From NCBI GenBank assembly GCA_963665115.1, contig OY762007.1, positions 2,144,001-2,208,000 of the forward strand: a stretch of 64,000 bases of DNA. Direction: 5' to 3'. Below the pieces are notes generated by a model. It was not told the DNA's origin and ran no database searches. It saw only the letters and a program-made list of their open reading frames with translations. The DNA is from an uncultured Rivularia sp. (lineage in GTDB: Bacteria; Cyanobacteriota; Cyanobacteriia; Cyanobacteriales; Nostocaceae). The position numbers and the translations under genes are program-made. Of the stretch, positions 45,893 through 55,159 are shown in pieces (position 1 is the first letter of the stretch; each line of letters starts with the position of its first letter).

Positions 45893-46860
45893 AAGCTTTA
45901 GTTACAGGTGCCAATGGTTTCACGGGTTCGCACTTAGTAAAAGCGCTACAGCAGCGCGGCGATTCGGTTATTGGACTAGTGCGAAAATCCAGCGATTTAA
46001 CAAGATTAGAAAATACAGGAATACATTTAGTTACGGGAGACATTACCGATCGCAACGCCTTACGTCAAGCGATGCAGGATGTTGACATGGTATTCCATAC
46101 AGCAGCTTTTGTGGAGTTAGGTTTAGTCGATGCCGCAAAAATGGAACGGGTAAACGTCGAAGGAACTCAAGCCGTTTTAGAAGTTGCCAAGGAAATGGGA
46201 ATTTTAAAAATGGTTTATTGCAGCACCATCGGCATTTATGGCGATACCAAAGGTGAAATCATCGATGAAACCTTTGAAAGAACTCAAGAAAACTTCTCCT
46301 CTGCTTACGACAGCACCAAATATGAAGCACAGCAGCTAGTTGACAACTACGCCGTCATCGGTTTTCCCGTAGTTAGCGTTATGCCTTCAGGTATTTTTGG
46401 CCCAGACGATCCGCATTTTGGCCCCGTATTTAAACTATTTTTGCAAGGTAAATTAAAACTCTGGGTAGCTGGCGATCGCATGACAGGGATAGTTCATGTG
46501 GACGATCTTGTAAATGCCATGATATTGGCAGCAGAAAAAGGCGAAAGAGGAGAACATTACATAATTTCTGCTGGTGAAGTTCCCTCCCGCGAAATGTTTG
46601 AAATTATCAGCGAACAGACAGGCATTTCCACACCTACGGAAGTTCCACAACCGATAGTTAGAATTGCAGGTAATATTCTTGACCCGATAGGAAGCTTATT
46701 CTCATGGAATCCACCAATAGGTAAAGAGCGCTTACATTACTTGTACGACCGCTGCGTGCGAGTCGATGCAAAGAAAGCGCGTGAAAAATTAGGTTGGCAA
46801 CCCCGTTCTGTGTCCCAAACATTACAAGAAATTGCTACACACTTACAATCTCAAATTTAA
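45889..46860 (+). CDS. Extended SDR / NAD-dependent epimerase-dehydratase, putative 3-keto (oxidised ceramide) reductase
   Basis: TGANGFTG, ST and YDSTK (YxxxK). ATGA overlap with the upstream stop codon. Confidence 0.85.
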   Translation: MKALVTGANGFTGSHLVKALQQRGDSVIGLVRKSSDLTRLENTGIHLVTGDITDRNALRQAMQDVDMVFHTAAFVELGLVDAAKMERVNVEGTQAVLEVAKEMGILKMVYCSTIGIYGDTKGEIIDETFERTQENFSSAYDSTKYEAQQLVDNYAVIGFPVVSVMPSGIFGPDDPHFGPVFKLFLQGKLKLWVAGDRMTGIVHVDDLVNAMILAAEKGERGEHYIISAGEVPSREMFEIISEQTGISTPTEVPQPIVRIAGNILDPIGSLFSWNPPIGKERLHYLYDRCVRVDAKKAREKLGWQPRSVSQTLQEIATHLQSQI

Positions 46861-47067
46861 AGATAAAACAAAAATAAGGTTGTTGGTAGTTGCGCTTCAG
46901 CGCCTCCGAGAAGAAGCGCTAAAGCGCAACTACGAACCTGCTAAGTCCTCATTATTGCAACCTATTAAAGATTTTTAACGTCCTCAACAAAGTAGTGTTG
47001 TACGCAATTATCATGTCGATAAATTGTTACGATAAATTACAAGACAGATATTTCTTCAAAAGCTTAT

Positions 47068-47577
47068 ATGAATTCAGTGTTATTTAGTGCTTCGACAGCA
47101 ATAATTTGTTTCCTAATTGCCTTCACACTGGCGAGTTTGGTGGAATACTGGCTGCATCGTTTGATGCACGTTAATCGTAAAATTGGTGAACGTCATCGCG
47201 ATCATCATCGTCGCAACGAAGGACAAGGTGTAGTCTGGGAGTTTCGCGATTATGTTGTTGGTAGCTTAGTCGTCTTGCCATTAATGTTTTTCTTTTCTTG
47301 GAGTGCTGGTTTGGGTTGGTTGCTCGGAAGTTTGAGCTATGCGGCTTTTTCAGCATATGCTCATCAATTACAGCATGAAAATCCAACCAAATGCTTCTGG
47401 ATGAAAATGCCAGTTCATTACGTCCATCATAAATACGGGATGTGGGAGCATAACTTTGGTTTAGCTGTAGACTGGTGGGACCATGTTTTCGGTACTTACA
47501 AACCTGTTGAAGAATGGATCGGTGAAAAAGAAATTGCGCTATCCGAACGCGGTTATTTACAGTTGAAGTGGTGGTAG
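47068..47577 (+). CDS. Fatty acid hydroxylase / sterol desaturase family protein
   Basis: His boxes HRLMH, HRDHH, HQLQH and HYVHH; NFG...WWDHVFGTY. Confidence 0.9.
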   Translation: MNSVLFSASTAIICFLIAFTLASLVEYWLHRLMHVNRKIGERHRDHHRRNEGQGVVWEFRDYVVGSLVVLPLMFFFSWSAGLGWLLGSLSYAAFSAYAHQLQHENPTKCFWMKMPVHYVHHKYGMWEHNFGLAVDWWDHVFGTYKPVEEWIGEKEIALSERGYLQLKWW

Positions 47578-47582
47578 AGTAT

Positions 47583-47810
47583 TTGCGCGGATGGTAAGGT
47601 GTTGAAAAATAAATTGAAAAAATAATTGCTGAATCCCATATTGGATAAGGCTTTGAAGCATTATTTTACCTACAACCATCCGCGCACCTTACCTGGACTG
47701 GATTTCAGCGATTTTGCCCCTTCTCTATTTTGTTTTCCCATGCTACTATTAGGTCATCCGCGCAACCGAACCTTGAAAACCATATACAGACAGTGTTCTG
47801 AAATAGTGCA
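47583..47810 (+). promoter_or_regulatory. CRISPR leader containing TGCGCGGATG / CATCCGCGCA inverted motifs
   Basis: Lies directly before the first perfect repeat, opposite the degenerate end. Motifs at 47583-47595, 47675-47686 and 47755-47765. Confidence 0.75.
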
Positions 47811-48203
47811 GTTGAAATTACCTCTAATCCCTATTAGGGATTGAAACGGGAAATACGCTAATCCATCATTTTTTGACAAAAGTTGAAATTACCTCTAATC
47901 CCTATTAGGGATTGAAACACGTCGTATTGCAAAAACAGATGCGGAAAAAGAATGTTGAAATTACCTCTAATCCCTATTAGGGATTGAAACACAGAAGACA
48001 AGAAAGAAGGTTTGAGAGCTACAGGTTGAAATTACCTCTAATCCCTATTAGGGATTGAAACGCAGAAACGATACTCAAACTATTGGTATTACCAAGTTGA
48101 AATTACCTCTAATCCCTATTAGGGATTGAAACGGAAGAATTGGTAGTTAAGAAGTGATTATTTACGTTGAAATCGCCTCTAATCTCTATTAAGGATTAGA
48201 AAG
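47811..48203 (+). CRISPR. CRISPR array: 5 identical 37-bp repeats plus 1 degenerate repeat, 5 spacers (33-35 bp), type I-D-like; no cas genes in the window
   Basis: GTTGAAATTACCTCTAATCCCTATTAGGGATTGAAAC starts at 47811, 47882, 47954, 48025 and 48096; degenerate copy at 48166. Internal AATCCCT/AGGGATT hairpin and ATTGAAAC 3' end. Confidence 0.97.
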
Positions 48204-48400
48204 TAAACATTTATCATCAAAAATAAAATCTATCTTAAGTACAGTAACCAAACTATAACTTCTGTTAGAGGGATGATTAGATCATTTATAGGTAATCTTG
48301 ATTTGTATTCAGTACAACTAATCTTGCTTTGAAATAGATTGGATTTTTAGATGTGCTGAATCAGTTAAAACTATTGGAAATGAGCTAACAAAGTTTCGTG

Positions 48401-48763
48401 ATGAAAAATATAATTAAGAGCGCGATCGCTAATATCAGTTTTGCATTTAAACAGCTTCAGGTTAAAAGTTTTTTGGCTGTTGTTTTAGCTGGGTTTTTAG
48501 TGCTAAATACAAGTTTTGCTCTCTCGGATAGGAGTGAAGCTGTTACTAATAAAATTGATAATTTAGTAAATCAAAACGATTCCGATAGACCTAAAACTGT
48601 AGGAGAATGGAATAAGGAAGCTCGTCAAACAGAAGATGCTCCCCTTCAAAGAGTTAAGAGAATTGGTAAAGAATCTGCTGAAGCTATAAAAGATTTTGGT
48701 GAGATGTATGGAGATACTGCTGAAAGAAGTACTCCCGATTTAGATAACAATATGATGAAATGA
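48401..48763 (+). CDS. Hypothetical protein with N-terminal hydrophobic segment and hydrophilic tail
   Basis: About 120-aa ORF; RPKTVGEW...SAEAIKDFG. Confidence 0.65.
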   Translation: MKNIIKSAIANISFAFKQLQVKSFLAVVLAGFLVLNTSFALSDRSEAVTNKIDNLVNQNDSDRPKTVGEWNKEARQTEDAPLQRVKRIGKESAEAIKDFGEMYGDTAERSTPDLDNNMMK

Positions 48764-48888
48764 TTGATTGATATCGCATTATTAGATCGTTCGCGAGCAG
48801 AAGCCCGGTTTTTTCAAAAACCGGGTTTTTCAACATAGATAAATATTTCATTCTGGTTAAAATTACTGTCGCTGAGGTTATGAAATTT

Positions 48889-49884
48889 TCAAGCAGAACA
48901 TTTAACCGGGTTGGAATTTATATCGCTAGTGCAAAAATCTCTCTGCTTCTTCTTCATGCTTCTAATATGACGAATTACAACTGCAAAAGCATTTATTCCT
49001 TGAAGCATTAATAATGTCATCCAACAAAGTGCTTTAATAATGCTAAAAGCTGTAGGGCGAGTTAATCCTTCGTGAATAGCAATCCGCGCTTCATCTAAGA
49101 AACCGTCATATTCTTGTGGTTTTAGGGAATCATGAAAAACCGAGACTTTAAGCCCATGTATTCCGCTCACCATGTATTTTCCCATTCGGATACGTTCTAA
49201 TTGGGCTACTTCAAGATGATATAAGTCGTGATAGTGGATGAAAACACCTTTCATTTGAATATGCTCGTTACCAATTTTGATGGGAATTATGCTAATACAA
49301 CCTAGAGTTTTCTTAAATTGAGTAATTTGAGAACTTTGATTGGTTATATCTATAATATTTTTAAGCAACGCTACCCAAAATTTCTGGTATTGAGACAACC
49401 GCAATTTTATACTTTCTGTTTGTAAAGCAGCACTGTTATTGATTTTAGAGACTGGCTTTACTTTGAGATTTTGCTGTTCGTTAATACCGTTAACCGATTT
49501 GAATACTTCATCCCAAAAGCTAAATAAATAATAAGGAATTTCAAGATTTTTTTGCGGCTGTAACTTCAAACAAGCTTGCAAACGTTTCTGCAAGCTTTGT
49601 TGATGTTTGGATAAAGCATCTGGTGAAAAAGACTGACGACGCTTGTAAATTACAAATGCACGCAACAATAACCATTTCATTCGAGAAGCATAAAGACGAT
49701 TTTCAGCACTACTCGACGATTTTATTTTCCATAATGCATTTTCTAAAGCTATTTGTTGACACCGGGAAAGCTTCGGTTGTTGATTCACTGTGTTTTTGTA
49801 GTTATGTTGTAATACGCGACTGTGGAAAGTTAGATGTCGCGAAGAAATTAAAAAGGATGTATTACTACTACACAATGGATTCAA
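48889..49884 (-). CDS. Hypothetical protein; the N-terminal part resembles an IS66 transposase fragment
   Basis: 331-aa ORF; the segment RMKWLLLRAFVIYKRR...LQKRLQACLKLQP recalls IS66 transposase helices (from memory). Confidence 0.5.
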   Translation of the reverse strand: MNPLCSSNTSFLISSRHLTFHSRVLQHNYKNTVNQQPKLSRCQQIALENALWKIKSSSSAENRLYASRMKWLLLRAFVIYKRRQSFSPDALSKHQQSLQKRLQACLKLQPQKNLEIPYYLFSFWDEVFKSVNGINEQQNLKVKPVSKINNSAALQTESIKLRLSQYQKFWVALLKNIIDITNQSSQITQFKKTLGCISIIPIKIGNEHIQMKGVFIHYHDLYHLEVAQLERIRMGKYMVSGIHGLKVSVFHDSLKPQEYDGFLDEARIAIHEGLTRPTAFSIIKALCWMTLLMLQGINAFAVVIRHIRSMKKKQRDFCTSDINSNPVKCSA

Positions 49885-49911
49885 TAAATTATGATTTTGC
49901 TGAAAATTTGC

Positions 49912-50817
49912 TTACTTTAATATAAAGTCGGCGATCGCCTTATCTTTATCTACGGGTGTAATGTCGGGAACGCTTAATAAAACCGAACGCTGAGTAAATT
50001 TACTATCTGGTTTATCTTGAACTCGTCTTTGTACTCGATTAGGAATACCGTAACCGTATACAATATGACCTTGCCCTGCTAAGACAACCATTTGATAATC
50101 TTTGTTAGCTTTGATGAACTTGGCGATACCATCCGCCATTGTTTCATCCCACAATACTTGGGCTAGAAAAAAACGATTTGCACTACTACTGTTTCCATGC
50201 CCCGCACTTTGATGTTGTTCAAATGCTTTCAACACCATTTGCCGGTATGCTATGTTATCTAAGCGAATTTCTGTAATCGGCGGTATTAATTGTTTTTCAG
50301 CATCGGTAAGTTTTTCTATGCCCTCTTTGGCAACTTTACGGCTAATTTCGCTAGGAGTGTTTAAAGCTAAAACGGGTATTTGTTTTTCTTTGGCAAAGCG
50401 TAAAATAGGAGCATAAAGTTCCCAATCAAAACCCCAACGATTTTTATATTCGGTTTTTTCAACTAGTTCTGCTTCTGTAATTTTTCCTGCAATATATTGG
50501 TTAATGACTTCTTGAAAGGGGCGTTGAAACATTTCCATCCCGATCGCAATTTTTGGATTATTTTTATATAATTCTTGAATAACTTTTAATTGATTTTGAT
50601 GATCTTTGGTACTGTCGTGAATTTCCCCAAGATATACTACTTGAGCTTTTTTTAGTTCGGGTAATATTTGGTTTAAATTATCAGCGCATTGACTATTGGA
50701 AAATTGTGTAGCGCAGGAATTTATTTTAGGTTGAGCGTAACTTGTACAAGAAAATAGAAAAAATATTCCTACTGATAAAGCAAATAGTTTACTCAAATAA
50801 AGCGGTGAAGGCTGCAT
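49912..50817 (-). CDS. ChaN-family (heme/iron uptake) lipoprotein
   Basis: Lipobox-like LFSC, YLGEIHD, GMEMF, AQVLWDETMA and LAGQGH. Confidence 0.88.
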   Translation of the reverse strand: MQPSPLYLSKLFALSVGIFFLFSCTSYAQPKINSCATQFSNSQCADNLNQILPELKKAQVVYLGEIHDSTKDHQNQLKVIQELYKNNPKIAIGMEMFQRPFQEVINQYIAGKITEAELVEKTEYKNRWGFDWELYAPILRFAKEKQIPVLALNTPSEISRKVAKEGIEKLTDAEKQLIPPITEIRLDNIAYRQMVLKAFEQHQSAGHGNSSSANRFFLAQVLWDETMADGIAKFIKANKDYQMVVLAGQGHIVYGYGIPNRVQRRVQDKPDSKFTQRSVLLSVPDITPVDKDKAIADFILK

Positions 50818-50972
50818 ATTTTTGATCTAGTTTAGAATAGCAATTTTATCTTTTAATAAATCGAATACACAAATAGTAGTCGAAATTTAATTTATTTAAA
50901 TTTTTCAAGTCTCTACAAATCTGATTTTTATGAAAAAATAGTTATGGAATTTATTTAAGAGAATAAAAACAA

Positions 50973-51278
50973 ATACCTCAAATTCAACATATGGCTCTTT
51001 TAAAATTTAAGCCAGAAGTCACTACCGATAAAATAGAGTATTTATTCAATCAACTTGCGGAATTAAAACACTTAATTCCAGGTATTACTTATTTTTCTGG
51101 CGGTTGCTATTCTAGTGATGAGGGACTAAATAAGGATTTTAAACATGGCTTTTTGACAACTTTCGAGAGTATAGAAGCACGAGATATTTATTTACCTCAT
51201 TCAGAGCATGAACGAGTCAAAGCAGAAATATTACCTTGTATTGACGATATAATTGTGTTTGATTTTGAAGCCGAATGA
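50973..51278 (+). CDS. Dabb-family stress-responsive A/B barrel protein (first ATG at 50991; in-frame ATA at 50973)
   Basis: QH..LLKFK, IPGI, HGFLTTFES, YLPHSEH and VFDF. Confidence 0.85.
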   Translation: MPQIQHMALLKFKPEVTTDKIEYLFNQLAELKHLIPGITYFSGGCYSSDEGLNKDFKHGFLTTFESIEARDIYLPHSEHERVKAEILPCIDDIIVFDFEAE

Positions 51279-51297
51279 AGAAAAAGGTCGATCAAAA

Positions 51298-51660
51298 CTA
51301 TTCGTAAACAGTTTCATCTTCTTTACGCCAAGCTGGATCTACAATGCAAATAAATACTAATGGTTCGCTGCCACAACTGTGAATAAATTGCTTTGCATTG
51401 GGAGGAATGTATACGGCATCACCAGGTTCTACAATTTGGATTTCCTCGTCAATATGCATTTCTCCTTTACCAGTGAGAATATAATAAACTTCCGAAGTTT
51501 TTAAAGAATGCGGCTGAGAAGTTTTTCCGACTGGTAATGTTGCATGAGCAAAACTATAGCGCAATTCTAAAGGATGCTTATCTGGGTGAAGCAATTCTCG
51601 TAAAATAGTATTGTCACCCGCGATAAATTCCGGACAATCTAACAGTTTTTTGACGAACAT
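51298..51660 (-). CDS. Cupin-domain protein
   Basis: PHSLKTSEVYYILTGKG and PGDAVYIPP. Confidence 0.88.
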   Translation of the reverse strand: MFVKKLLDCPEFIAGDNTILRELLHPDKHPLELRYSFAHATLPVGKTSQPHSLKTSEVYYILTGKGEMHIDEEIQIVEPGDAVYIPPNAKQFIHSCGSEPLVFICIVDPAWRKEDETVYE

Positions 51661-51758
51661 TAAATGTTAGTGGTTAGTGTTTAGTTGTTAGTTGTTAGTG
51701 GTTAGTGGTTGGTTGTTAACAGAAAGACTATCAACTATCAAATATTAACTATCAAAAT

Positions 51759-52049
51759 CTAATACAACATTGGATTTGTTTTAGGTTGATAATCCATACA
51801 TTCTATTGCTTCTTCAGTATTAGCAATAGAAGGGTTTACTGTGCATTTTAAACGGTAGTTGTCGGTAAAATATTGGCAGCCCGAACATGGAATTTGATGC
51901 ATTTGCTGTACTGTCGCAATTCCATCTCGTGCAGCAGTCCACATACTCCAGCCTACTAAAATAACTAATGCCCAAGCACAGACAAAGCAAATGGGCACTA
52001 AGAAAGGCTGAATCGTATTAACTAAGAAATAAAGTATTTGAAACAGCAT
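51759..52049 (-). CDS. Conserved small membrane protein with a Cys-rich tail
   Basis: TM helix followed by HQIPCSGCQYFT...LKCTVNP...C.DY. Confidence 0.75.
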   Translation of the reverse strand: MLFQILYFLVNTIQPFLVPICFVCAWALVILVGWSMWTAARDGIATVQQMHQIPCSGCQYFTDNYRLKCTVNPSIANTEEAIECMDYQPKTNPMLY

Positions 52050-52138
52050 TTTCAGGTTAAAGGTTAAAGGTTAAAGGTTAAAGGTTAAAGGTTAATTATC
52101 TATTATTAATGCCTTATGCCCTATTCCCCAATCATTAA

Positions 52139-53122
52139 TTACACACCCGAATGACCGAGTGCTATACCCGCAACTAACATTCCTAAAACTAGAAATGGTT
52201 GGGCACTAGCTTGATATTTTACATCGTTTTCTAAGGGGTCGCGCAGGAAGTACATATCTTGCAACGTGATTTGTGGGATAACTAGCAGAAGTAGTATTGC
52301 AGCGTACAAATTTTGATGCAGGTAAATTAAGTATGCTGCGATCGCAACTTGAAAAATATCAATCATCCCAGCGCAAATCCAAGCTGCTTTTTTAACGCCG
52401 AAGACTACTGGTAAGGATTTCAGCCCGAATTGCTTATCGCCTTCTACGCTCTTAAAGTCGTTGACAATAGCAATTCCTAAGCCTGCCAAACTATATACAA
52501 CGGTGAATACTACTACTTTCCAATTAAGTTCGCCGAACAATGCATGACCAGTACACCAAGGGAAAGCAATGTAGCTTGCACCAAGAGCATAACCGCCCAA
52601 CCAACCATTTTGTTTTAGTTTAAGGGGTGGTGCGGAATAAATATAGGCGATTATTATACCTAACACGGCAATGACTGAAATTGTCGGAAACTCATTTCCC
52701 GCCCATTTATCCAAAGCGATCGCCAAACCCAAACCGGCAATCATTAATACCCAAATTTGCGTAATTACCTGGGGTAAAGGAATCGCACCAGAAGGAATCG
52801 GACGATAGGGTTCGTTGACAGCATCAATTTCGCGATCGTAGTATTCGTTTAAAGTTTGGGTATAACCTGCCAAAATTGGTCCTGCAAGCAACATACAAGC
52901 CGCTGACTTGAGAACATTTTCCAAAGTCCAGGTATAGTTACCTGAAGAAGCGGCACCACAGACAACTCCCCAAATCAAGGGAATCCAAGTAATCGGCTTC
53001 ATTAACTGCAAGCGGATTTTCCATACAGAAGTTTCACCAGATGCTGCACCCTTCATTCCTAGCAACTGTCTGGTTTTAGCACTGCGATCGGCATCTGATT
53101 TTGGTTGAGTTGATTCAGACAT
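52139..53122 (-). CDS. chlG: Chlorophyll synthase
   Basis: RQLLGMKGA, MKPITWIPLIWG, DREIDAVNEPYRPIPSG, NDFKSVEGD and NDVKYQASAQPF. Confidence 0.97.
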   Translation of the reverse strand: MSESTQPKSDADRSAKTRQLLGMKGAASGETSVWKIRLQLMKPITWIPLIWGVVCGAASSGNYTWTLENVLKSAACMLLAGPILAGYTQTLNEYYDREIDAVNEPYRPIPSGAIPLPQVITQIWVLMIAGLGLAIALDKWAGNEFPTISVIAVLGIIIAYIYSAPPLKLKQNGWLGGYALGASYIAFPWCTGHALFGELNWKVVVFTVVYSLAGLGIAIVNDFKSVEGDKQFGLKSLPVVFGVKKAAWICAGMIDIFQVAIAAYLIYLHQNLYAAILLLLVIPQITLQDMYFLRDPLENDVKYQASAQPFLVLGMLVAGIALGHSGV

Positions 53123-53269
53123 TTTTATATTTTGGGAATTGGGAAGAGAGATGGGGGAGAGGGGGTAGAGGGGGGAGAGGGGGTAGAAATTTAATGATTA
53201 ACTCCCAACTCCTAACTCCTAATTCTTAAATCCTAACCACTAACCACTAATAACTAACAACTAACTCTT

Positions 53270-54370
53270 TCAAAACGAAATTATCAAATATTGGTTTTGA
53301 AATTTCGCACCCGCTACGGGTTTGCCGCTGAGGGCTGGAGGTAGTAATATATTTCTTCTTTGATCTCCCGCTTCTATGGTGACTTCTGGCCCATATTGAG
53401 TTAGTTTGACTTGCTTTTTATCAAAACCTGGCAGAAATAAACGTACCTGACGGGCGTTGACATCAATTTCTATTGGTGTGGGAGCTTGTTGTGTCTGTAC
53501 TGTAAAGTCAGGTAGGGCATCTACTAATGGCTGCCAGTTACCTTCTTTAATATCTGGGATATTAGTTACTTGTAGGGGAGCAAAGTCTTCAGAGACATTT
53601 GAACTACCATCGGGGGAAATAACAATAACGCCACCAATAGTTAAACCCACCTGTTGGGCACTTCCCCAAAGATAACGGCTCGTTACCACCTCGATGGGGT
53701 CAGGAGTTGTTACCAAGAAAGCGCTAAACTGTTGGGGATTGGCGAGAACTTGCTTACCTTTGTCCAAGATATTAGTAGCTACGTTTGTAGGTTGAGCAAA
53801 GTTATCTGCCATCGGGTTGATGTTGAGAAAAGTGGAAATTAACGGTTGGATAAAAGGTGAATCAGAGATTGTCCTTCCCAAATCCGAATTAATAAATAGT
53901 TGCCGGAAACGACGCACGTACCAGCTAATAGATTCGGGCATTCCCAGCATCCGCAAGGTATTTAAATCGCCCGTACCGTTGTAGACAATAGCGTCGTATT
54001 TTCCACTTTCAAAATATTCACGAATAGCATTAAGTGCCAAAGCGCCATCCATCCCAGGTAAGATTGATAACTCTTGCCCGTATACATCTTTGAGAATAGG
54101 TGTTTTGAGATATTGCGCTTCAAGTTTCTTGACTTCTTCCCAATTGCGTTCTAACAATACAGAAGATTGAAACTGCACTGCTTGTAAATTAGCACCAATT
54201 TCTTGAGGATCGGGACCTAAATCGGCACCTAACATAACGGGTAAAACGGGTTCCGCACCACTTGCCAAAAGAACCCGCTTTCCTTGATTCGCAAGGGATT
54301 TAGCAGACGCGATCGCAATTTTAGTTCGAGCCGCACTGCTTTCACCCAAAAAGGTCAATATCTGGGACAT
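53270..54370 (-). CDS. ArsA/Get3-like ATPase family protein with C-terminal alpha-crystallin-like domain
   Basis: ILTFLG, degenerate P-loop, ELSILPGMD and LFLPGFDKKQVKLTQYGPEVTIEAGDQRRNI. Confidence 0.88.
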   Translation of the reverse strand: MSQILTFLGESSAARTKIAIASAKSLANQGKRVLLASGAEPVLPVMLGADLGPDPQEIGANLQAVQFQSSVLLERNWEEVKKLEAQYLKTPILKDVYGQELSILPGMDGALALNAIREYFESGKYDAIVYNGTGDLNTLRMLGMPESISWYVRRFRQLFINSDLGRTISDSPFIQPLISTFLNINPMADNFAQPTNVATNILDKGKQVLANPQQFSAFLVTTPDPIEVVTSRYLWGSAQQVGLTIGGVIVISPDGSSNVSEDFAPLQVTNIPDIKEGNWQPLVDALPDFTVQTQQAPTPIEIDVNARQVRLFLPGFDKKQVKLTQYGPEVTIEAGDQRRNILLPPALSGKPVAGAKFQNQYLIISF

Positions 54371-54441
54371 TTTATAACTTCCAATTTCCGCCTAATTAAT
54401 CAACTTCAACTTAACAGCAGATTTCCTTAAGACGCTTCCCT

Positions 54442-54639
54442 CTATTGCACTACTTTTAGTTCATCTTCAAAAAACCAAGTGGCAGAATTGTCATCAAACT
54501 TAACCACGCAGCCAACACCCATACCATCAGTTATTTTAAAATCTTTGATGGTACCGACTTTACCCAACCTACCAGATGTATTTCTGGAAGATAAACGATC
54601 GCGCAAACGAACTACTTTAACTTTTTGTCCTACTTCCAT
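54442..54639 (-). CDS. petP: Cytochrome b6f subunit PetP (DUF2862)
   Basis: MEVGQKVKVVRLRDR...TDGMGVG...TWFFEDEL, an SH3-like 65-aa protein. Confidence 0.88.
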   Translation of the reverse strand: MEVGQKVKVVRLRDRLSSRNTSGRLGKVGTIKDFKITDGMGVGCVVKFDDNSATWFFEDELKVVQ

Positions 54640-54704
54640 GCCGAATTATAAATGATGAAATAAATGCACTAAACCAAGACTAAGTTTAGCTGAATTAGGT
54701 AATT

Positions 54705-54967
54705 CTGGGAATTAGGTAATGGGTAATGGGTAATTGGGCATAGGGCATGGGACATTGGGATTTTAGATTTTGGATTCAAAATTGTGTAGAGACGGGGCGC
54801 AGTGCTACGTCTAAAGTTAGGAATTAGTAGCAAGTGGCGAGTAGCAAGTAGCAAGTAGCAAGTTATAAACTAATTTCTTCTTGTATGTTAATTACCAATT
54901 ATCAATTACCAATTACCTACGCCCTATGCCCCATGCCCCATGCCCTATGCCCCATACTCAATTACCA
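54705..54967. repeat. Mixed STRR heptamer arrays with a REP-like palindrome remnant
   Basis: GGTAATG, GGGCATA, AGTAGCA, ATTACCA and TGCCCCA units; TGTAGAGACG...GCTACGTCT at ~54785. Confidence 0.8.
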
Positions 54968-55159
54968 TTTCGTTGTATGATTATCTAAAAATTTTGTTGG
55001 GAAAAATGCGTAAAAGTAATTTTTATAACCTCTACTTACAATATATTTCCTGTAGACAGTTGCTTATAAAGAAGAATAATTCAGGTTTTTAACGGTTATT
55101 AATTAAGATTTGACCGCTAATTGCGAATTGATAATTAATGTGTGAGGAATGGGAAGTCT

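Noticed and set aside
47626..47844. 72-aa ORF over the CRISPR leader
   Set aside because: It overlaps the leader and first repeat, has a TTG start and shows no protein features.
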